A DNA stretch of 64,000 nt from Thermoplasmata archaeon (GTDB taxonomy: Archaea > Thermoplasmatota > Thermoplasmata > UBA10834), in NCBI GenBank assembly GCA_041559015.1, contig JBFFED010000001.1, forward strand, positions 2,361 through 66,360, given 5' to 3'. The position numbers and the translations under genes were made by a program. The notes beneath the pieces are model-generated. The model was not told the origin of the DNA. It did not search any database and saw only the letters and a list, made by a program, of their open reading frames with translations. Below, piece by piece: positions 18,850 through 27,706 of the stretch. The first letter of the stretch is position 1; every line of letters begins with the position of its first letter.

Positions 18850-19812
18850 CTGAAGATCAGCAAGAACCTCGCGTACGGCCTCATAGCCCTCGCCGCCGTC
18901 ATGTGGGCCAGCTCAGGCACTTTCACCGAGCTCGCCCTAGACGCGGGGGCGCGGGTGATGCAAGTCACTGTCTTCGCCTCCGTGTTCACAACGCTGATAC
19001 TGCTCCCCGCCATCGGCGTCTTCGACCCGAGATCCCTCTGGATAAGGAGGAAGGATTTCCTGCCGATGCTCGTCTTCAGCCTCATAACCGGCACATTCTT
19101 CTCCATCGCATGGTACATGTGCATCGACCTCACGGGCGTCGCCACCGCGGTCGTGCTCCTGTACGCCTACCCGAGCATCGTCACCGTCGCGTCCATCTTC
19201 CTGCTCGGCGAGAAGCTCACCCTCGGCAAGGCCCTGGCCCTGCCCCTCACATTCATCGGCTGCGTCCTGGTCGCTGGCGCGAGCGACCTCGAGACGGGCT
19301 TCTCCTTCAACCTGGCAGGGATAGCGCTCGGGATATACACCGCGCTCGCGGCGACCGTCTACTACATCTGGGGGAAGAAGTTCCTGGACAAGTACTCGGC
19401 CAACACGGTGATACTCTACATGACCGCGCTCTCGATACCGGGCATCATACTGATAGCCAACCCCATGACCATCCTGGAGAACCACATATCCGGCGAGGCG
19501 TGGGCGTACATATTCGCCATCGGGCTCTTCCCCGGCACGATAGGGTTCGTCGTGTCCATGGTAGCGCTCAGATACATCGAGGCGAGCAAGGCGAGCATAG
19601 TCGCGAGCATAGAGCCTGTGGCCGCAGTTGTCATCGCGGTCCTGGTGATCGCGGATGTGATCACCCTCCTGCAGGGGGTGGGGGTTGGGCTCGTATTCGT
19701 GGGTGTGCTCCTCCTAAGGCTGACGAGGAAGGACAAGGACGAAGGACCCAGGGTACCGTTGGGCCCTGACAATCCGGACGATGAAAAACAGGATATATCC
19801 ACCAGGGTATGA
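18850..19812 (+). CDS. DMT/EamA family transporter
   Basis: About 10 TM; 'YPSIV...FLLGEKLT' and 'ASKASIVASIEPV'; start uncertain (TTG 18802 or CTG 18850 after a G-run). Confidence 0.85.
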   Translation: MKISKNLAYGLIALAAVMWASSGTFTELALDAGARVMQVTVFASVFTTLILLPAIGVFDPRSLWIRRKDFLPMLVFSLITGTFFSIAWYMCIDLTGVATAVVLLYAYPSIVTVASIFLLGEKLTLGKALALPLTFIGCVLVAGASDLETGFSFNLAGIALGIYTALAATVYYIWGKKFLDKYSANTVILYMTALSIPGIILIANPMTILENHISGEAWAYIFAIGLFPGTIGFVVSMVALRYIEASKASIVASIEPVAAVVIAVLVIADVITLLQGVGVGLVFVGVLLLRLTRKDKDEGPRVPLGPDNPDDEKQDISTRV

Positions 19813-19822
19813 CAGGGACGAG

Positions 19823-20575
19823 ATGATCGTCTCCCGCGCGCCCAGCGGACTCCCCGGCCTCGACGCGCTCATCCACGGAGGGATACCTGTCAACTCGACG
19901 GTCGCCCTCAGGGCCGAGCCGTCGAACCCGACCGAGTACTTCCAGCAGCAGTTCCTCGTCGAGGGGCTCAAGAGAGGCGCCCCGGCCATATACTGTTGCA
20001 CCAACAGGCCCGTGGGCAATGTTATCAGGAGCCTCTGGCACCAGGGGTTCGACGTCCTGGAACAGGTCGCGAACGACCAGCTGGTGTTCCTCGACTGCTA
20101 CTCGATGACCAAGGAGACTGTCGCCATCGGGGTCGACCAGTGGGTGCACAAGAAGATACTTCACGTGTCTCAGACAGATGACGAGAAGCAGCTCCAGGAG
20201 GTACTCGCCGAGGCGGTCGACAGGCTCCACACCCTGAGGGGGTTGCGGACGGTCTGCGAGAGCGTCCCCGCGACACTCAGGGGCTCGAGCGCGGTCGAGA
20301 TCATGAGGTGGGGCAGGAAGGCCTTCGGGGAGCTCAGGGCGTTCGATACCGTGACGCTGCACACATTCCCTATTGGCGTCCGGGATGAGCTCTTCACCCT
20401 GATGGCCCAGGACTTCGACGCGGTCATCGACATCACGCCCGACAGGAGCACTGACAGGGTCAGGTACTACCTCGGCATCCAGAAGATGCGCATGACCGAC
20501 CTCCCGGTCAAGCTCTTCGAGCTGGAGACCGAGGGCAGCCTCCTCACACTGAAGACAATCCAGAAGATCACTTGA
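19823..20575 (+). CDS. KaiC/RAD55-like RecA-fold protein with degenerate Walker A
   Basis: SGLPGLDALIHGGIP, LVFLDCYS, DAVI, IQKMR; Walker A position reads AEPSNPTE. Confidence 0.7.
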   Translation: MIVSRAPSGLPGLDALIHGGIPVNSTVALRAEPSNPTEYFQQQFLVEGLKRGAPAIYCCTNRPVGNVIRSLWHQGFDVLEQVANDQLVFLDCYSMTKETVAIGVDQWVHKKILHVSQTDDEKQLQEVLAEAVDRLHTLRGLRTVCESVPATLRGSSAVEIMRWGRKAFGELRAFDTVTLHTFPIGVRDELFTLMAQDFDAVIDITPDRSTDRVRYYLGIQKMRMTDLPVKLFELETEGSLLTLKTIQKIT

Positions 20576-20581
20576 GCACGC

Positions 20582-21274
20582 CTAGGAGAGCGTGAACAGC
20601 CTGATGCCGAGGAGCTCGAGCACTGCGAATATGATGAACGCCCTGTTCACTCCCGCAAGGAAGTTCGCGAGTGCGAAGTCGCGCAGGCGCATGAGCGTCC
20701 CCTCCTCGTTGAGTATCGAGAACAGGTAGAGCGGGACCGTGTCTATCATGCCTGGGATGGACATGATGACGTACATCGCGACGATGCCGTACCTGCGAAC
20801 GAATCTCTCGCTCTTTGCGGAGAGCCAACCGGGAGCCCGCCCCTCCGGTGGCCTGCCGAAAGCCCTCTCGAGAGAGCGCCTGACCGGGACATGGGCCGAG
20901 GCCGTCCTTCCCAGGGCTGCAGATCCCCCCGAACGATGGACAGCGGACTCTATCCTGTCCATGACCGCGTCCGCCTTCCGCAGGATCCAGCCGAAGAAAC
21001 TCCTCCCCGAGAGCCTGCGCAACGCGCTGTCTATCTTGGCGCCTATGTAGAAGACGACGATAGCGCCGACACCCTTGCCCAGGCCGAGGACTAACGCCTT
21101 GACCGGGAAGAACATGCCCGGGTTCCAGATGAGGGCGAACTCGATTGGTATCGGCAGGATGATCGCCGCGGCGACCGAGAGCAGGAAGAATATGAGCAGA
21201 TAGGTGCCCGGATCCGCCTGGTTGTTCATCAGGAAATCCATCAACTGGTCCAGGTACTCTCCGACCGATGCCAT
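20582..21274 (-). CDS. Membrane protein (DedA/VTT-like)
   Basis: Hydrophobic helices; AIILPIPIE, LGKGVGA.VVFYIG, FVRRYG, IP...DT. Confidence 0.55.
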   Translation of the reverse strand: MASVGEYLDQLMDFLMNNQADPGTYLLIFFLLSVAAAIILPIPIEFALIWNPGMFFPVKALVLGLGKGVGAIVVFYIGAKIDSALRRLSGRSFFGWILRKADAVMDRIESAVHRSGGSAALGRTASAHVPVRRSLERAFGRPPEGRAPGWLSAKSERFVRRYGIVAMYVIMSIPGMIDTVPLYLFSILNEEGTLMRLRDFALANFLAGVNRAFIIFAVLELLGIRLFTLS

Positions 21275-21441
21275 GGGCGCACAGGCAATCATCTGCGCTT
21301 ACTTCTAGGTATCTGCGGAGTGCCACCCGCGCGCGTGCACATGAGGACGAAAACAGGCCGAGCCAGAAAATTAAAGTGCGTTACGAATAAATACCAAAGG
21401 CTTATATTCCCGCAATAGCATCACCTCAACCGGGATGTACG

Positions 21442-22047
21442 ATGGCTAAGCCCGAAGGGAAGGAAGAGGACTGGTTCTCCCAGCTGGATGAGGAACTCGA
21501 GAAGAAGACCGTCCAGATCACCGACAACTTCGTAGAGCAGAACTCCAAGAAGGGAGATATCAACAAGATGCTCCTTGAGGACTTTTTCAGGATATGGAGC
21601 AGGTTCAACAAGATCAACGTGCACTTCACGATGGCCCCTGAGGCCTCCACATTCGCCACCTTCGCGGTGTATCCCGAGCAGTGGCAGTTCAAGGCCAACT
21701 TCGACTTCGCGGGCGTCGACAACGCGTCCCTGACGGACAGGACCCAGAACAGGGTCGGGGACTCCGTCAAGATCTGGTACTACAACGTCGACAGCCAAAC
21801 GCACTTCCGGATGATCTTCGAGTTCTGCGAGGGCGAGCACTACTATAAGTACGCCGGCTGGAAGAGGATCTTCTCACAGTACGTCCTCCTGGACGTGCCA
21901 GTGATGAAGTTCGACGAGAAGAAGTTTCACGAAGCGCTTGCCGACGTCGTCAAGACCTGGTACGAGAGCCACCTGAGGCGCGACAGGGACATCATCCTGA
22001 AGCACATCAGGGAGAAGTACGAGAAGGCCGAGACATTCACCCAATGA
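21442..22047 (+). CDS. Hypothetical soluble protein
   Basis: 201 aa ORF with strong host-like codon usage and an AT-rich promoter region upstream (21365-21410). Confidence 0.7.
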   Translation: MAKPEGKEEDWFSQLDEELEKKTVQITDNFVEQNSKKGDINKMLLEDFFRIWSRFNKINVHFTMAPEASTFATFAVYPEQWQFKANFDFAGVDNASLTDRTQNRVGDSVKIWYYNVDSQTHFRMIFEFCEGEHYYKYAGWKRIFSQYVLLDVPVMKFDEKKFHEALADVVKTWYESHLRRDRDIILKHIREKYEKAETFTQ

Positions 22048-23326
22048 CGTGTTTCGGACACTTCTGCGTCCCGGGTGCCGAGAAGTAGTATTCCATCAGG
22101 CACTCCACCCATCTTGACCCGTCCACCAGGTCGAGTCCGATATCGTGGTAGACGAACTGCATCGCCCATTTCCACGATTCTCCGTTGTACGAGGCTAGGC
22201 TGGGCGGGAAGTTGATGTTGAGCCCGCTCGGCACGCCCATGAACCTGTAGCTGCTCCCGTTGTTGAGCAACGCGGCCTCGAAGGCCGCCTGGAACTCCGC
22301 GATGGCGATGTCCAGCGTCGGGTCTATCCCGATCAGGCCCTCGAAGAGCGAGTACGCGTCAGGGAGGTATTCCCAGCCGCCTATGTTCGCCCACATGCCA
22401 TTGAGCGCCAGGTCCCGGACTGCCATTATCGTATCCGCGTTGTCGGCCACCAACGGTTCGAGCGCCTCGGTCATACGTATGAACGCCGCCCCGAACTCGT
22501 CCATTAGCGACATGTCGAATGCGGAGAACGCCACGAAGTCCTTGTCGTACGGGTTGATGTGCTCGTAGAGGGTCTTCGAGCTGTAGTACTCCATGTACAT
22601 GTCGACCATGTCGTGCGCGAGTTCTTCCGGAGACATCTCGGGCTCCGCCACGAGCGCCTCGACAATCATCTGGTATGGCAGGCCGTCATAGGGCACCACC
22701 AGTTGCGAGGCCGCGAACCAGCCAACGGTATCCCGGAGCTCGTACGCGATCTCCACCGCAGCAACACTGCACGCGTCGAGGGCGAGCAGATCCACGCCGA
22801 CGCCGTCGTTCGCGTCCCTGGCATCCCTGATTGCCTGGGCCATGTCGTCTATGAGCATGATCCCTCCGCCGTCCGTGTCGTCCAGGCACACGCCGCGCCA
22901 CGAGTATCCGTGGTCCTGTATGACCAGCAGAGTCTTCTCCGCAGGGTAGTTCTTGAGGCCGTAGTCAATGAACCTCTTGAGCGTCGCCGGGTCGGATGAG
23001 TTCAGCTCCTCCCAGGTCTGCACCGTGAAACACTCGCCGTCGTGTATGTCGTAGACCCATGTGCCGTCCTCCGAAAGGATGTCCACATAGGCGACCAGGT
23101 TCACATCGTCGTCGGATGTGAGCGCTGCCTTCCAGGTCTTGATCGCGAACTCTGTGCAGAACTCGAGGTTATTGTCCGCGTCCCAGTACATGAGCAATGT
23201 CCATTCCTTGACCGGTTCCTCTGTGACCGGTTTGTCCTCGGCGAGCGCAACGGCCGCGCTCGGCAAGGAGAACAACAAGACCACGGTCGCGCATAGCAGA
23301 AGCTCGCCAAATCCAAGACCCTTCAT
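22037..23326 (-). CDS. Secreted clostripain-family (C11) cysteine peptidase
   Basis: Signal peptide; WTLLMYWDADNNLE, QDHG (His), LDACS (Cys), YELR; start after GGGGGA. Confidence 0.85.
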   Translation of the reverse strand: MKGLGFGELLLCATVVLLFSLPSAAVALAEDKPVTEEPVKEWTLLMYWDADNNLEFCTEFAIKTWKAALTSDDDVNLVAYVDILSEDGTWVYDIHDGECFTVQTWEELNSSDPATLKRFIDYGLKNYPAEKTLLVIQDHGYSWRGVCLDDTDGGGIMLIDDMAQAIRDARDANDGVGVDLLALDACSVAAVEIAYELRDTVGWFAASQLVVPYDGLPYQMIVEALVAEPEMSPEELAHDMVDMYMEYYSSKTLYEHINPYDKDFVAFSAFDMSLMDEFGAAFIRMTEALEPLVADNADTIMAVRDLALNGMWANIGGWEYLPDAYSLFEGLIGIDPTLDIAIAEFQAAFEAALLNNGSSYRFMGVPSGLNINFPPSLASYNGESWKWAMQFVYHDIGLDLVDGSRWVECLMEYYFSAPGTQKCPKHVIG

Positions 23327-23490
23327 ACTGATCCCCCAAGGCTGATACTGAGGCACCATGACGGCTCCGCGCTATATTAAGTCCGTGATTTCGATGGGGT
23401 AGTCAGTACGCAGAAACGTACGTCGGAGGCATGCTGCGGACCGGGCCTTCCGGAGGACGGCGAAGCAGGGGAGAAGAGACGACGCGAGAC

Positions 23491-24114
23491 TCAGGCCCTC
23501 GCCAGCTTGACCAGCCGACGAGTGAGCGCCCCGCCCATGACCGATATGTCCTCCGTCGGGAGCACCTTGCCCGTGTTCGCGTCGAAGAGGATGTTGGCCG
23601 CCGCAGGGACCTCCTCGTCCCCAAGCCAGAGCACGACGACCACGGGCGTCCTCGGGAAGAAGTCCACCTTGAATCCGACAGACCCCACATCTACAGGCTC
23701 GCCCCTCATGGCCTCCCCGATCCCCTTCAATAGGGCCGGCTTTTCACCGAACTCCTTGACGATGACATCCATCGTGCGGGCCTTGAACGCGGGGTAGTAG
23801 ATCGCCCCGCCCTCGAAATCGCGGAAGGTCACCAGCCTGTTGGCCAGCTGGGCCCTGTCTGCGCCTTCGAGATAGTGAAGCACGAGTATCTGCAGGTGCG
23901 GCGGGACCTCCTGACCGCCGGGGCCGAGGTATGCCATGGTCTTGGCCCCGAGGTCGATAGCGCAGTCCTTGTCCATGATCCTCAACACAAGGTTCTTCGT
24001 GCCGGGGACCACGGACAGGTCGAGTGTCTCAGACAGGTGCTTGGAGCTCAGGTATGATGCCTTCTCCCATGCGCCCCTGAGGGGCTCGAGGTTGGCCGGC
24101 TTCTTCAGGTCCAA
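23491..24114 (-). CDS. DUF3786-like protein associated with Wood-Ljungdahl clusters
   Basis: ILVLHYL, FRDFEGG..Y..AF..R, FPRTP....LW.GDEE.PA.ANILFD; overlaps the acsE transcription unit. Confidence 0.75.
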   Translation of the reverse strand: MDLKKPANLEPLRGAWEKASYLSSKHLSETLDLSVVPGTKNLVLRIMDKDCAIDLGAKTMAYLGPGGQEVPPHLQILVLHYLEGADRAQLANRLVTFRDFEGGAIYYPAFKARTMDVIVKEFGEKPALLKGIGEAMRGEPVDVGSVGFKVDFFPRTPVVVVLWLGDEEVPAAANILFDANTGKVLPTEDISVMGGALTRRLVKLARA

Positions 24115-24130
24115 TCGGCTCTCCTCCTGG

Positions 24131-24907
24131 TCACGCCCTGAGGAACGAGTGGGCGTAGAGCTTCTGGTTCAGGAGCACCTCGGATGCCTTGACGACCTTC
24201 ATCAGCTCGACATCGTTCGGGTCGACTATCGCCGCGTCGAGGCCGCGCCCCAGCAGCATGGCGAGGTAGGTCCTGTTCAGCAGGCTGCGCTCCTCGGCCC
24301 CGCTCGAAACGTTGCTCAGGCCGACTATCGTCTTCGGGGGAGGCGTGTTGAGAGTTCTGAACGCTGTCAGGGCCTCGCCCAGGACCGGGCACTGCGCCTG
24401 CGCGGCCGATATCGGCAGGACCACCGGGTCGAGGTACACCTTCTCCGGGGAGACGCCCTTGTCCATGGCGGTCGCGAGGAGCGTCATGGCTATCTCCGTC
24501 CTCCCCTCGACCGAGTTCGGGATGCCCTTCTCGTCGATCGTGAGGCAGACGATATCTGCGTTGTGCTCCGCGGCCAGCGGGAAGAACTTCTCCATGCGCT
24601 TCTGCTCAGCGGTCGTGGAGTTTATCATCGGGTCCTTCTTGCAGAGCGCGAGTCCGGCCTGTTGGACCTTCAGCCCTGGCGAGTCGATGCACAGGCGCAC
24701 ATCGGCAATGTCCTGGACCGTCTTAACCAGCCAGGCCATGGCATCCGGCCCGTCGTCCCTGCCTGGACCGGTGTTGATGTCCAGCACTCCCGCGCCGCCC
24801 TTGATCTGCTCCAAGGCCAGGTCCTGGACGAACTTGGCGTCCCTGGCATCGATGGCCTTCGAAACCTGTGGAAACTGACCGTTTATCCTCTCCCCCACCA
24901 CTATCGT
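24131..24907 (-). CDS. acsE: Methyltetrahydrofolate:corrinoid Fe-S protein methyltransferase
   Basis: (T)IVVGERINGQF, LDIN, CIDS, INST, YLDP, GLSNVS pterin-binding barrel; start is GTG 24901 or ACG 24907. Confidence 0.88.
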   Translation of the reverse strand, partial: TIVVGERINGQFPQVSKAIDARDAKFVQDLALEQIKGGAGVLDINTGPGRDDGPDAMAWLVKTVQDIADVRLCIDSPGLKVQQAGLALCKKDPMINSTTAEQKRMEKFFPLAAEHNADIVCLTIDEKGIPNSVEGRTEIAMTLLATAMDKGVSPEKVYLDPVVLPISAAQAQCPVLGEALTAFRTLNTPPPKTIVGLSNVSSGAEERSLLNRTYLAMLLGRGLDAAIVDPNDVELMKVVKASEVLLNQKLYAHSFLRA

Positions 24908-25046
24908 GTACTTACCCCCCTGGGTGAGAGAGGAGTACGACCTTCATCGCATATCAATTGCTCGCCCGTGCCTACCCTTGGCAGGGGCCGCCCGTCTGCG
25001 CAACAGTTATTAGCCACGCATCCCGTTCACACGGAATTGGTTCTCG

Positions 25047-26948
25047 ATGAGAGGGGGATCTGCTAGGAGGAGCCACAAAATAGTATTCGTGGAGGACCGC
25101 AAGGAGGTCGTGCTCGAGGAGGGCAGGACCGTCCTCGAGGCCTGTCAGGCTGCGGGCATACCCATAGACTCCGTGTGCGGCGGCCGAGGTAAGTGCGGCA
25201 GGTGCAAGGTCAGGGTAACCGGGCACTTCTCCGCGGACCCGAGCCCACTGCTCTCGGAGGCAGAACGGCGCGAGGGGATTGTCCTCGCGTGCCTCGCGAG
25301 GGGTCAGGGGCACCTCAAGGTGCATGTGCTCCCCCGCTCCCGGCTGACGAAACATCAGATACTCACGACCTCGGCCGAGGAGCTGCCAGACCCCATCGCG
25401 CCATGGTGCTGGAAGGAGTTCATCGAGCTCCCCCCGGCGACGCTCTCGGACAACATCGCGGACCTGGAGAGGTTGGCAAGGGCGATGGGCGGAAGGCAGC
25501 TGTCTGTCCCCCTGGAGACCCTCAGGGAGCTCCCGGGGGCGCTCAGGGAGGGCGGATGGAAGGTCACCGTCACGATGTCCGACCTCGGGCGCGGCCCGGA
25601 GGTGGTCAGGGTGGAGCCAGGGGACACTCGCGCTAGGCTTCTCGGGATTGCGGTGGACGTCGGCACGACCACCATAGTCGTCGACCTCGTCGACCTCCTC
25701 ACCGGGAAAGTGCTGGGGACCGCATCAGACTATAACAGGCAGGTCTCCAGAGGGGAGGACGTCATCGCTCGCATGATGCACAGCGAGGAAACGGGCGTGG
25801 AAGATCTCACCGCGCTGGCGAGGGAAACCGTCAACTCGTGCATCGAGTCCCTCCTAGCCGACGAGTCCAGGAGGGCCGGCAAGGCAGTCTCCGCCCAGGA
25901 CATCGTCTCGGCCTCGGTCGCGGGCAACACCGTGATGACACACTTCTTCGCTTGCCTGTCGACCGGGCACGTGCGGCTGGAACCCTACGTTCCAGTGGTG
26001 CACAGGATGCCGGAGTTGAGCGGCGCGGACCTCGGGATGCTCATGAACCACTCGGGGAAGGTCCTGCTGTTCCCTTCCCGAGCCGGGTACGTCGGCGGCG
26101 ATGTCGTGGCGGACGTGCTCGCGAGCGGCATGCACAGGTCGGGCAGGCTCTCGCTCCTGATCGATGTAGGCACGAACGGAGAGGTGGTGCTCGGCACGAA
26201 GGACTGGATCATCACGTGCTCGTGCTCTGCCGGCCCTGCGTTCGAGGGGGCCGAGGTGTCCTGCGGCATGAGGGCCATGGAGGGCGCGATCGACCGCATA
26301 AGGATAAACGATGACCTGTCGACGACATACCACGTGATAGGAGGAGGGCCTCCCCTGGGAATCTGCGGCTCCGGCCTGATAGACCTCCTCTCCGAGATGT
26401 ACACGCACGGGGTCATCGACCGCAAGGCCAGGATACAGGAGCTCGGAGGTGGCAGGACGGTGCCCTCGGAGTCAGGCCTCGCATTCGTCGTCGAGAGGAA
26501 GGAGGAGCTGGGGAACGGAGCGCCGTCGGACATGACGATAACCGATGCCGACCTCCAGAACCTGCTAAGGACGAAGGCGGCGATATACGGTGCTTGCGCG
26601 GTCCTGCTGCGTAAGACCGGGGAGTCGCTCGATGGCATCCACAGGGTGTTCATAGCTGGCGGGTTCGGATACCACCTGGACATCGAGCGCGCGATATCCA
26701 TCGGGATGTTCCCCGACCTGCCCCGGAGGAAGTACACGTTCATAGGCAACGGCGCCCTGGGCGGCGCGAGGCTCGGGCTGTTGTCCAGGAAACGCAGGAA
26801 GGAGGCCGTGGACATCTTCGAGAAGATGACCTACCTGGAGCTGAGCGTCGACAACGAATTCTACAACGAGTTCTCCTCCTCGCTCTTCATACCGCACACA
26901 GACCTGAGCCAGTTCCCCAGCGTGGGCAAGTCGGGGGAGGATGCGTGA
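25047..26948 (+). CDS. acsV: Reductive activator of corrinoid proteins (RACo/AcsV; 2Fe-2S plus ASKHA ATPase)
   Basis: CGGRGKCGRC...LAC ferredoxin; DVGTTT, GNTVM, YVGGD, DVGTNGE, SAGPAFEG, GICGSG, AGGFG. Confidence 0.88.
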   Translation: MRGGSARRSHKIVFVEDRKEVVLEEGRTVLEACQAAGIPIDSVCGGRGKCGRCKVRVTGHFSADPSPLLSEAERREGIVLACLARGQGHLKVHVLPRSRLTKHQILTTSAEELPDPIAPWCWKEFIELPPATLSDNIADLERLARAMGGRQLSVPLETLRELPGALREGGWKVTVTMSDLGRGPEVVRVEPGDTRARLLGIAVDVGTTTIVVDLVDLLTGKVLGTASDYNRQVSRGEDVIARMMHSEETGVEDLTALARETVNSCIESLLADESRRAGKAVSAQDIVSASVAGNTVMTHFFACLSTGHVRLEPYVPVVHRMPELSGADLGMLMNHSGKVLLFPSRAGYVGGDVVADVLASGMHRSGRLSLLIDVGTNGEVVLGTKDWIITCSCSAGPAFEGAEVSCGMRAMEGAIDRIRINDDLSTTYHVIGGGPPLGICGSGLIDLLSEMYTHGVIDRKARIQELGGGRTVPSESGLAFVVERKEELGNGAPSDMTITDADLQNLLRTKAAIYGACAVLLRKTGESLDGIHRVFIAGGFGYHLDIERAISIGMFPDLPRRKYTFIGNGALGGARLGLLSRKRRKEAVDIFEKMTYLELSVDNEFYNEFSSSLFIPHTDLSQFPSVGKSGEDA

Positions 26949-27703
26949 CATTCACTTTCGCTGTGACCGGCAAGGGAGGGGTGGGCAAGACCACCTTCGC
27001 AGCGCTTGCGATCAGGCACATACACGAGGCGACGAAGGAGGTCGTGCTGGCGGTCGACGCCGACCCCAACGCGAACCTCGGGGCGAAGCTGGGGACCGAG
27101 CCCGCGAAAACCTTGGGCGGCATCCGGGAGGACATGCTCGCCAGGGGTGAGGACGAGCCTCCGGCGGGGGTCTCGAAGCAGGAGCATCTGGACTACCAGA
27201 TACGCCTGGCCGTCAAGGAGGGGACAGGCTTCGACCTCCTGACCATGGGGAGGCAGGAGGGGCCGGGGTGCTACTGCTATGTCAACAACATGCTCCGGAA
27301 CATCGTCGACTCCCTCTCGGACAGGTACAAGTACGTGGTCATAGACAACGAAGCGGGCATGGAGCACCTCAGCAGGAGGACCACGAAGGCCTCGGACGCG
27401 ATGTTCGTCCTGTGTGACAGGAGCAGGGGCTCCTTGGCCGCCGCGCAGAGGATATCCCAGCTGGCGGACGAGATGAAGATCCAGATATCGAGGAAAGCGC
27501 TGGTCTTCAACGGGCTCGACCCCGGCGCGGAAGGGCCGCCGTCACAGGCGGTTGAGAGATTCCATGCGGTCTATGGGGTGCGCAGATCGGGGAGGATACT
27601 CTCGAGCGCGGAGGAGACGGAGTCCCTCATGGGGATACCCAGGACCGACCCCGCCTTCACTGACATCGCTAGGGCCGTGGACGCCGAGAGGCTCCGGCGG
27701 TGA
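26945..27703 (+). CDS. cooC: CooC/AcsF-type nickel-insertion ATPase
   Basis: GKGGVGKT, DADPN, GCYC nickel motif, DNEAGMEHLSR. Confidence 0.85.
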   Translation: MTFTFAVTGKGGVGKTTFAALAIRHIHEATKEVVLAVDADPNANLGAKLGTEPAKTLGGIREDMLARGEDEPPAGVSKQEHLDYQIRLAVKEGTGFDLLTMGRQEGPGCYCYVNNMLRNIVDSLSDRYKYVVIDNEAGMEHLSRRTTKASDAMFVLCDRSRGSLAAAQRISQLADEMKIQISRKALVFNGLDPGAEGPPSQAVERFHAVYGVRRSGRILSSAEETESLMGIPRTDPAFTDIARAVDAERLRR

Positions 27704-27706
27704 AAC

